From contig JAMWCX010000001.1 in NCBI GenBank assembly GCA_023818895.1, positions 509,789 through 541,788 of the forward strand: 32,000 nt of DNA, in the 5' to 3' direction. Within the stretch, counting starts at the first letter, position 1, and each line of letters opens with the position of its first letter. This document shows, in pieces, positions 9,533 to 16,793 of this stretch. The DNA comes from Candidatus Omnitrophota bacterium (lineage in GTDB: Bacteria > Omnitrophota > Gorgyraeia > 2-01-FULL-45-10). The notes under the pieces are model-generated. The model saw only the letters and a list, made by a program, of their open reading frames with translations. It did not search any database and was not told the origin of the DNA. Position numbers and translations under genes: made by a program.

Positions 9533-10671
9533 ACGGCTTCCTTTCCAAAAAGACTTTTCGCGGCGCGAATCACTTTATCCGTATCGCTGTCCGACATCAA
9601 CGGATGTACCGGAAACCTAACAAGCCGCGCCGCGATATCTTCCGTCACAGGCAAGTCTTCTTTCCTGTATCCCAGATGCTTTGTCGCGAATGGCGAACTA
9701 TGAAGGGGCACATAATGGTGCGTGCACTCTACCTGGGCTTTTTTCATATCTTCTATAAAATCCTTGCGCGAGATACCCTTGTCCAGCAAAGCCCAAAATA
9801 TATGGCCGTTGCCTGTCGATCTTTTATCCGGCTGAGGTATCTTAATATATCCTTCTTTCGCTATATCCTCGAAGGCGTCCGCATATCTTGAACATATAAC
9901 GCGACGACGTTCTGTTATAAAATCGATCTTTTTAAGTTGTCCCAGGAGTACGGCGGCAAGAACATCCGATATCACGAAACTCGAACCAACATCTATCCAT
10001 GTATACTTATCGATCTTGCCTTCGAGAAAAAGGAACCGGTTTGTCCCCTTTTCCCTTCCTATCTGCACAGCTTCACATAGAGATCTTTTATTTACAACCA
10101 GCGCCCCGCCCTCACCACATGTTATGTTCTTCGTGCTGTGGAAACTCAAACAGCCAAGATCCCCGAAGGTGCCAAGCGGCCTACCGTTGAACATAGCTCC
10201 TATCGCTTGTGCGGCATCTTCAATGACATGTATATTCTTACGCGAGGCCTCCCTTATCAAACGCTCCATGTCGCACGACAGTCCTCCATAATGTACTGGT
10301 ATAATAGCGCGAGTCTTCTTTGTAACGCGTCTCATAGCATCGTCGATATCGATATTAAGCGTGCGATCTTCTATCTCACAGAAGACAGGACGGGCGCCCT
10401 GCCTTAAAATAGCGTTGGCCGTAGAGACAAACGTAAAGCTTGGACATATAACCTCATCGCCCCGCCCTATCTCGAGAGCCATCAAAGAGAGCTCGAGCGC
10501 GTGAGTGCCGGAGGTCACAAGATACGCAAAAGCTCCTCCCAAGACCCGGCTCAAAACAGCCTCCGCCTCTTTGCAAATAACACCTTCGCCCTGTATTTTT
10601 TTATTCGCGATAGCTGCGGCTGCCGCTGCCTCTTCTTCTTTGCCGATAAATGGGACCGAATAATGTATCAT
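9517..10671 (-). CDS. PLP-dependent sugar aminotransferase, DegT/DnrJ/EryC1 family, WecE-type (dTDP-4-keto-6-deoxyhexose transaminase-like)
   Basis: Matches E. coli WecE as I recall it over long stretches: GDEVICPSFTFVSTANA, IIPVHYGG, VIEDAAQA, SFHSTKNITCGEGGALV (PLP lysine), REKGTNRFLFLEGKIDKYTWIDVGSSFVISD. The start overlaps the upstream stop as ATGA (10668-10671). Confidence 0.9.
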   Translation of the reverse strand: MIHYSVPFIGKEEEAAAAAAIANKKIQGEGVICKEAEAVLSRVLGGAFAYLVTSGTHALELSLMALEIGRGDEVICPSFTFVSTANAILRQGARPVFCEIEDRTLNIDIDDAMRRVTKKTRAIIPVHYGGLSCDMERLIREASRKNIHVIEDAAQAIGAMFNGRPLGTFGDLGCLSFHSTKNITCGEGGALVVNKRSLCEAVQIGREKGTNRFLFLEGKIDKYTWIDVGSSFVISDVLAAVLLGQLKKIDFITERRRVICSRYADAFEDIAKEGYIKIPQPDKRSTGNGHIFWALLDKGISRKDFIEDMKKAQVECTHHYVPLHSSPFATKHLGYRKEDLPVTEDIAARLVRFPVHPLMSDSDTDKVIRAAKSLFGKEAVCRRR

Positions 10672-12089
10672 GATTTGGTTTTGTCCTTTTTAAACATGCA
10701 ATAAAACGCGAAAAATGCGCCGTTTAACGCCAGTTTTAACTGTTGTAGGGATCTAATTCTTCTGGCATGCGTAAGTATCTTGGACGGTCTCAGGTAAAAT
10801 TCCCTGAAAGCCCTCTTCTGCCAGTAAATCATCCTATCCGGCTCAAGCGCCGGCAATCTGTGCACTGGTTCTGTATAGACGCCGTAATTGTCATAGTCAG
10901 TATTAAAGATAAGATTGTCGCGCAAAAGCTCCGCGTAGACATCGCTACCCGGATATGGCTTTAGTATAAGAAACTTGGCAAAATCCGGATCCAGTTCTTT
11001 CGTAAAAGTTATGGTGTCTTTGATTGTCTCCTCTGTCTCGCCGGGCAACCCAAAAATAAGAAATGCCCATGTCTCGAAACCGAGCTCTTTTGAAAGTTTG
11101 AAAGCCTTTCGGGTGACGTCAAGCGGGATGTTCTTTTTTATCCTTTTCAGTATAGCGTCGTTTCCGGATTCAACGCCGTAGCCGACCGTCTTTATTCCTA
11201 TATTCTTAAGAGCAACTAATATCTCGCGGTCGACACAATCGGCCCGCAGGCCATTCATGAATTGAAAATGCACGCCAAGATCGCGCTTTTTTACCTCATC
11301 GCAAAATTCGAGAGCGCGTTTTTTATTAAGAGTGAATATGTCATCCGCTATATGTATCTCCCTTATGCCATGCCCATTTACCAGTCCTTCTATCTCGGCG
11401 ATTATGTTCGCGACACTTCTCATACGAAACGTCTTTGAAAATATATGCTTAGTACAGCAGAAGGTACAGCTTCCCGGGCATCCTCTGGAAGTGATTATAG
11501 TCATCGCCGGTAGTCTTTCAGCGTCCGGAGGCATATACGCATCCGGTCTTTTCAGAAGGCTCCTATCCGGAAAAGGTATGGAATCGAGATCATCGATAAA
11601 AGGCCTTCTTTCTGTGGCAACCGACTTGCCGTCTTTCTTGAAATAGATACCTTTGACGCTATGGAGGCTGGGCTTTTCTTTACTAAGTTCTTCGCATAAT
11701 TGCCTTATCGTCTCTTCTCCTTCGCCAACAACCACGATATCTATATTTTCTTCGCATATCGCCTCCTGGGGCGCTATGGTAGCATGAATGCCCCCCAGAA
11801 TAACGGGAACTTCTTTTTTTAACGATTTGGAAATCTTGGCCCATCTGAGGGCATCCTTGAATGTTGGGGTAACGCTGGATATTCCCACAGTATCAGGATC
11901 AAATTCCGTGAAGAGTGTTTTAAATTTCTGCTCATCGAGCCCCTCCGTATCGATATCAGCGAAACGAACCCTGTGCCCGTCTTTTTCCAGGACTGTGCCT
12001 ATGTAAAGAACGCCGAGCGGCGGATAGGCAGGCGCCATCTTTCTACCGTAGACTTTTTCCTGAGATGGATTAATGAGAAGTATCTTCAT
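10668..12089 (-). CDS. Cobalamin (B12)-binding-domain radical SAM enzyme (class B), paralog A
   Basis: MKILLINP..., VGISSVTP, ILGGIHAT, VVVGEGE (B12-binding domain pattern), IPFPDR, TSRGCPGSCTFC (CxxxCxxC at 11457-11480), GVESGN, FGLPGET, YPGS. The track ORF extends to 12227 but those 46 codons lie inside the upstream gene. ATG at 12089 forms an ATGA overlap with the upstream stop. Confidence 0.9.
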   Translation of the reverse strand: MKILLINPSQEKVYGRKMAPAYPPLGVLYIGTVLEKDGHRVRFADIDTEGLDEQKFKTLFTEFDPDTVGISSVTPTFKDALRWAKISKSLKKEVPVILGGIHATIAPQEAICEENIDIVVVGEGEETIRQLCEELSKEKPSLHSVKGIYFKKDGKSVATERRPFIDDLDSIPFPDRSLLKRPDAYMPPDAERLPAMTIITSRGCPGSCTFCCTKHIFSKTFRMRSVANIIAEIEGLVNGHGIREIHIADDIFTLNKKRALEFCDEVKKRDLGVHFQFMNGLRADCVDREILVALKNIGIKTVGYGVESGNDAILKRIKKNIPLDVTRKAFKLSKELGFETWAFLIFGLPGETEETIKDTITFTKELDPDFAKFLILKPYPGSDVYAELLRDNLIFNTDYDNYGVYTEPVHRLPALEPDRMIYWQKRAFREFYLRPSKILTHARRIRSLQQLKLALNGAFFAFYCMFKKDKTKS

Positions 12090-13339
12090 GATTCTAAAAT
12101 AACTTCGGGTGCTTTTTTGCGTTTGTATTTTGCTTCGAGATCGTCCCTTATCTGAACTATCTGCTCTGAAGTCAGGCCAGACGTCGAGACAAGCGAACGG
12201 TATTCCCCTGGCCTTCCTTTGAACCAAGCATGTTCGTAATCATCCTTAAAATCAATGTCAAAACTTTCTTTATCCTTATAAATCAGAGAACCGGGATAAG
12301 GCGTATAGATAGTAACATCTATGTCATCGAGATCCGCCTCTTCAAGAAAAGCCGTTGTCTCATTAATGGACTGTCTATTCTCGCCCGGCAACCCTATTAT
12401 GAAGAAGCCTTTGACGCGTATCCCAAAATCATGGCACAATTTTATCGCGTCCATGTTCTTTTTTACGGACTCTCCCTTATTAACTATATCGAGTATGCGC
12501 TGGGAGCCGGACTCTATACCCACTCCGACCTCCACACAGCCAGAATCACGCATAGCCGAGATCACTTCCCTGTCCACGGTATCGGATCTTATGAAACACC
12601 TGTATATGATATCGAGTTTTTTAAGAAGCGAGCATATCCCAAGCATCCTCTTTTTATTCACAGTTATCGTATCATCAAAAAACATGAATGCCTTGTAGCC
12701 GTATCTTTTTTTGAGGTCGCTTATCTCATCATAAACGTTCTGTGGGCTGCGCATTCTAAGGGTCTTACCCCAGGCATTGTTCGCGCAGAATTTACAGCCG
12801 AAAGGACAGCCGCGCGAAGTGATAAGCGTAGTGGTCAGCTCGTCATCAAGATAATATTTGTAACTTTTTATATCTATGAGCTCGCGGTCAGGAAATGGGA
12901 TCGCATCGATATCCTTCAGGTATTCGTATCTTAAAATTCTGGCCGTTGACATACCGGCTTCTTTTGCGCGCACGATATCCAGAAACGCCTTCTCTCCCTC
13001 TCCTACAACAACGATATCCGATGGATCGTGGACATCTTCAGGTCTGCCTGATACGTGAGGGCCACCGAATACGTATAAAGCGTTAGCTGTATTATTACGC
13101 TTTTTGAGTTCTGCCGCCACTCTGTCCGCGGTGGGAAATTGCGGTGTATTTGAATAGATGCCTACTATGTCGGCGTCGATTCTTTCCGGCAGAGGCCTTT
13201 CATCATTCATATCTATTAGAGATATATCCTTATAACCGTTATTCTTTAGGTAAGCGCTTAAATAAAGAAGCCCCAACGAAGGAAAGACTTTCTCGCTTAT
13301 CAAAAACTGGGAATTTGGATTTACCAGGAGTATCTTCAT
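12086..13339 (-). CDS. Cobalamin (B12)-binding-domain radical SAM enzyme (class B), paralog B
   Basis: MKILLVNP..., VGIYSNTP, FGGPHVS, VVVGEGE, IPFPDR, TSRGCPFGCKFC, GIESGS, IGLPGEN, YPGS. Clear paralog of the genes on both sides. Confidence 0.9.
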   Translation of the reverse strand: MKILLVNPNSQFLISEKVFPSLGLLYLSAYLKNNGYKDISLIDMNDERPLPERIDADIVGIYSNTPQFPTADRVAAELKKRNNTANALYVFGGPHVSGRPEDVHDPSDIVVVGEGEKAFLDIVRAKEAGMSTARILRYEYLKDIDAIPFPDRELIDIKSYKYYLDDELTTTLITSRGCPFGCKFCANNAWGKTLRMRSPQNVYDEISDLKKRYGYKAFMFFDDTITVNKKRMLGICSLLKKLDIIYRCFIRSDTVDREVISAMRDSGCVEVGVGIESGSQRILDIVNKGESVKKNMDAIKLCHDFGIRVKGFFIIGLPGENRQSINETTAFLEEADLDDIDVTIYTPYPGSLIYKDKESFDIDFKDDYEHAWFKGRPGEYRSLVSTSGLTSEQIVQIRDDLEAKYKRKKAPEVILES

Positions 13340-13349
13340 AACCCAACCA

Positions 13350-14798
13350 CTAAGTTTCCATTTTAAAATAAACTGAATTCGCTACCAGCGAAAGGGCCTT
13401 CTTCGAATTGCCCATAGCGATATTAAAAGCTATCTTTGCGGCGACGGAAGGATTCGTTATGCCAAAATAAAGCATGTCAAATAAAAATACAGGGTTGAAT
13501 AGGTAGTTTTTTACTATATTCAGATTTGTGAATTTGCGCACATACCTCTCAAGTTCCTTTATATCAATTTCCGAAAAAGGAACGGGAGTAGCATCCTGAT
13601 GCCAGTAACGCTCTTCAGAATCCAGAACCCCCTTATTCTTTGCTTCCTCGTAGAGATCGGTACCGGGGAAAGGGGTGGTGAAATAAGCCGCATAAAAATC
13701 GGGACGAATACGCCTAAGAAGTTTTTTGGTCATCTCCAGGTCATCCACGTCTTCGCCAGGATTTCCGACCATTATAGTCGCGACCGTACGCAGACCATAC
13801 TTTCTGCATGCCTCAAATGCTCTGATCGTATCTTCGACTTTAATACCCTTCTTGAGACGGTCCAGAACTTTCTGCGAACCGGATTCGACGCCGAAATCGA
13901 CTTGTATACAGTTTGAGTTCTTTAAGAGCTTGGCATATTCATCGTCGAAGAGGTTGACTCGTGCCTGACAATTCCAAAACATTCTCGGATATTCTTTCTT
14001 TATTCTTTTGCAGAATTCAGCGACAAAATTCCTGTTGACGGTAAAGGTATCATCCATAAGCACAAGGGTTTCTATTCTATAATTCGTCACAAGAAGCGCT
14101 ATCTCGCTAAATATATGATCCATACTTCTGTAACGAACCCTTTTACCGAACATCTTATGAGCCGAGCAGAATGTACACGTAGAAGGGCATCCTCGCGAAG
14201 TCATTATCCATCCGCTTCGCGACCATCTGCCACGTATCTCGCCCCTTCTTGAGGTAAAACGTCTTCGGTCCACAAGGTGGTAAGCGGGTAAGGGCAGCTT
14301 GCTAAGATCCTCTACCGGTCCTCTCGGGCTTGTCTTTATAATCGCGCTTCCCTCTCTGTAATATACACCTAATACCGACTCAGGACTCATATTACCGCGA
14401 ATAACATCAAGAAGCTCAAGTATAGTTTCTTCCCCTTCGTATATAACCACAAAATCGGCTCCCCAACTCATAACCTCTTCAGGCATAAACGACGCATGAA
14501 CTCCACCTACTATTATCCTGCCCCGAAGGGACGACTCCCTAATCTTGCGTATCATACTTCTTACCTCGAAACGCTGGGCGGCCATGCAGGTAATTCCGAT
14601 GATGTCAGGGTCTTCATTGTGTAGATATTCGATTGTGGCATCTATTTGCTTTCCGTAATCTGCCGTCTGTGGCGCCTGAAGCTCTCTGACCTTAACCAAG
14701 CATCCTGCCGCTTCAAGAACACTTGCTATCTGCAACAGCCCGAAAGGAGGACATACAAGCTGCACGGGATTGATAAGAACGCATTTCATACCCATCAT
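13350..14798 (-). CDS. Cobalamin (B12)-binding-domain radical SAM enzyme (class B), paralog C
   Basis: MKCVLINP..., IGITCMAAQ, VGGVHAS, VIYEGEE, TSRGCPSTCTFC, GVESGS, VGNPGE, FPGT. The start is moved from 14837 to ATG at 14798, which gives an ATGA overlap with the GT4 stop (14795-14797) and has GAGGA about 9 nt upstream. Codons 14799-14837 lie inside the upstream gene. Confidence 0.9.
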   Translation of the reverse strand: MMGMKCVLINPVQLVCPPFGLLQIASVLEAAGCLVKVRELQAPQTADYGKQIDATIEYLHNEDPDIIGITCMAAQRFEVRSMIRKIRESSLRGRIIVGGVHASFMPEEVMSWGADFVVIYEGEETILELLDVIRGNMSPESVLGVYYREGSAIIKTSPRGPVEDLSKLPLPAYHLVDRRRFTSRRGEIRGRWSRSGWIMTSRGCPSTCTFCSAHKMFGKRVRYRSMDHIFSEIALLVTNYRIETLVLMDDTFTVNRNFVAEFCKRIKKEYPRMFWNCQARVNLFDDEYAKLLKNSNCIQVDFGVESGSQKVLDRLKKGIKVEDTIRAFEACRKYGLRTVATIMVGNPGEDVDDLEMTKKLLRRIRPDFYAAYFTTPFPGTDLYEEAKNKGVLDSEERYWHQDATPVPFSEIDIKELERYVRKFTNLNIVKNYLFNPVFLFDMLYFGITNPSVAAKIAFNIAMGNSKKALSLVANSVYFKMET

Positions 14799-15985
14799 GA
14801 CACCATCCTCGCAGATATCCCTTTTGCAGCAAGACACTCGTTATACAGCCTCTTGATATCCGAGACCAGTCTTTCTTTTGAGTAGATGTTTGACACAGAA
14901 ACCCTGCCACAAATTCCCATATTCCGACACAAGATCTTATCTTCCATCAGGGAGATAAGTCTTTCGGCAAAGGCAGCAAAATCACCCGACTTAACCAAAA
15001 ATCCGTTCTCCCCATCTCTAATAAGGTCCTCCACTCCGCCGACCGCGGTAGCTACTACAGGCTTGGCAGAGGCCATGGCCTCTATGATAGATACCGGCGT
15101 CCCTTCGTTGAGGGAGGTTAGTCCAACGACGTCGAGACTCTCATAGACCGAAGCCAGCTCGTCTACCCAGCCGGTAAAGATAATGTCTTGCTGGATCCCT
15201 ATCTGGGCAGCATATTCTTTGATAGAGAACTCCGACTCGCCATTACCTACCACTATAAATTTAACATTCGCATCAGGCCTCTTTTGCCGAAAATATTTAG
15301 CCGCGTCCAAAAACATCTTATGGTTCTTTATGGGAACAAGCCTTCCGACTATTCCGACAAGAAACGTTTCATCAGAGAAGCCAAGATGCTTCCTAAAAGA
15401 GCCTTTAGCGATTTCGCAATTAAGAAACCTGTCTAGTTCAAAACCAAGCGGTATAACGGCGGTTTTTGAACTTTTCACTACCCCAAGGTTCGCCACTATA
15501 TCGCCCTTGATCCTGTCGCTTACCGTAATAACCTTATCCGTAAAAAGCCCCAAGAACCTCTCGATCATAAGAAAGAGGCGCGCTTTTAATGGGCTAAAGT
15601 AGCCGTCAAATATATGTCCGTGGAAAGTATGAACCTTCACTGGAACTCTGGCTAATATAGCAGCAATTCGACCCAGCGTGCCAGCCTTTGCGGTATGGGT
15701 ATGGACAATGTCCGGCTTCTCTTTTTTTATTATCGAATAAAGTCCTATCAGCGCTTTCATATCTTTCGCAGGAGATATATCCCTTATAAGATCCTCCACG
15801 ACTATAGGATAAACTCCTTTTTCTCTAGCCAGATAAGACATGTCGCCTTCTGAGACACTTATTCTGCCGCAAACCAACACATCCTTATACGAGCCGTTCT
15901 TGTTAAGCTCGCTGGAAAGAAGCACCGTATGTATCGCCGGCCCGCCGATATTAAGCCTTGTTATTATCCTTAGGACTTTAACCAT
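14795..15985 (-). CDS. GT-B fold glycosyltransferase, family 4 (group 1)
   Basis: N-terminal RLNIGGPAIH, and C-terminal EGTPVSIIEAMASAKPVVATAVGGVEDLIRDGENGFLV containing the EX7E motif typical of GT4 retaining transferases. AAAGG lies 6-7 nt upstream of the ATG at 15985. Confidence 0.9.
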   Translation of the reverse strand: MVKVLRIITRLNIGGPAIHTVLLSSELNKNGSYKDVLVCGRISVSEGDMSYLAREKGVYPIVVEDLIRDISPAKDMKALIGLYSIIKKEKPDIVHTHTAKAGTLGRIAAILARVPVKVHTFHGHIFDGYFSPLKARLFLMIERFLGLFTDKVITVSDRIKGDIVANLGVVKSSKTAVIPLGFELDRFLNCEIAKGSFRKHLGFSDETFLVGIVGRLVPIKNHKMFLDAAKYFRQKRPDANVKFIVVGNGESEFSIKEYAAQIGIQQDIIFTGWVDELASVYESLDVVGLTSLNEGTPVSIIEAMASAKPVVATAVGGVEDLIRDGENGFLVKSGDFAAFAERLISLMEDKILCRNMGICGRVSVSNIYSKERLVSDIKRLYNECLAAKGISARMVS

Positions 15986-15986
15986 A

Positions 15987-16274
15987 TTAAACCTTTATGC
16001 TCAAAAATTTATAAATAAGGGATGATCTCCAATAGCTAGATAGTGATGATAAGGATACGCAGCTTAATATTCTCTTCCACCCGCTATATATCTCAATAAA
16101 TATTTTTCTACTATCAGACAACAAATATGCAGATTTAACCACACACGTCACATTCGATAAAACATAGCTCATGTATGCAAAAAAACAACTCTTAAAAAAG
16201 GATTTAACAAATAGTCTAACTAACCGATACAGCCAGCTTTCTCTTAACGTGTCTTCATTTAATAAAATGTTCAT
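15987..16274 (-). CDS. Hypothetical small protein (95 aa), no recognisable family
   Basis: The ORF exactly fills the space between two genes. Its ATG overlaps the upstream stop as ATGA (16271-16274) and its stop lies 1 nt before the GT4 start. It has one hydrophobic stretch (FFKSCFFAYMSYVLSNVTCVV). The S/L/K/F-rich, low-complexity composition and low G+C make coding status uncertain. Confidence 0.3.
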   Translation of the reverse strand: MNILLNEDTLRESWLYRLVRLFVKSFFKSCFFAYMSYVLSNVTCVVKSAYLLSDSRKIFIEIYSGWKRILSCVSLSSLSSYWRSSLIYKFLSIKV

Positions 16275-16768
16275 TTTTGTAATATTTTTATTATTGCCGC
16301 ATTTGCCGTAACATTATCCGTATAAAGAGCCACCACATTACCGATTTTTAAAGGGGCGCTTGAGGCAGCCAGATATGTTTCTCCCTTTCTCTTATACGCT
16401 ATCAGGCTCATCAGAATCGTAACTTCTCTAATATCTTGCTGATAAAATATCTTTTCGCCGTCTTTTGAGACATAAGTAATTGCCGGCACAGGCTCTACGC
16501 TTATCACTTTCTCTATAATACCTACTGGCGTTTTTTCGATATCTAATATCTTATCCCCTTCCCGAACAAGACCTGCCGTATATTCAGGCAACTGCGCCAC
16601 GCCGATACAACGTACGTTGAAAGTTTCAAGCTGGACCCAGGAAGGGTCTTTGGACAACCTCACCCATTGGATAGCAAGAATGGCAGCGCATGCCAGCGTC
16701 GTAATTACGAAAAGATCGAAAATATTCACCTTACCAAATAATCTCCCTTCCTTGTCTATTATTACCAT
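16271..16768 (-). CDS. DUF4330-like protein with N-terminal membrane anchor
   Basis: N-terminus MVIIDKEGRLFGKVNIFDLFVITTLACAAILAI matches my memory of the DUF4330 N-terminal signature (IDxKGRLFGKxNIxDL followed by a TM helix). Length is about 165 aa. An alternative upstream ATG at 16792 would add 8 residues. Confidence 0.5.
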   Translation of the reverse strand: MVIIDKEGRLFGKVNIFDLFVITTLACAAILAIQWVRLSKDPSWVQLETFNVRCIGVAQLPEYTAGLVREGDKILDIEKTPVGIIEKVISVEPVPAITYVSKDGEKIFYQQDIREVTILMSLIAYKRKGETYLAASSAPLKIGNVVALYTDNVTANAAIIKILQK

Positions 16769-16793
16769 ATCCTCACCCTTATCTGTTATCATT

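Noticed and set aside
12090-12227. N-terminal extensions given by the ORF track (also 26753-26872, 7067-7117, 14799-14837, 3113-3130)
   Set aside because: The extensions overlap the 3' end of the upstream gene, add non-homologous residues ahead of well-conserved family N-termini (MKILLINP, MTEKKTRISIVFPVFNE, MSVEYSIVIPTYN), and lack properly spaced ribosome-binding sites. Internal starts give ATGA coupling or good SD spacing.
12230-12934. Long plus-strand ORFs (234 aa here; also 17422-18072, 216 aa, and 23572-24123, 183 aa)
   Set aside because: All lie antisense to strongly supported minus-strand genes with canonical motifs. Their translations have no recognisable motifs and have odd composition. 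They are typical shadow ORFs.
15986-16060. Possible internal promoter upstream of the GT4 gene (TTGGAG ... TATAAA)
   Set aside because: Spacing between the candidate -35 and -10 hexamers is only about 13-14 nt, and the region is inside the 95-aa ORF. It is not convincing.
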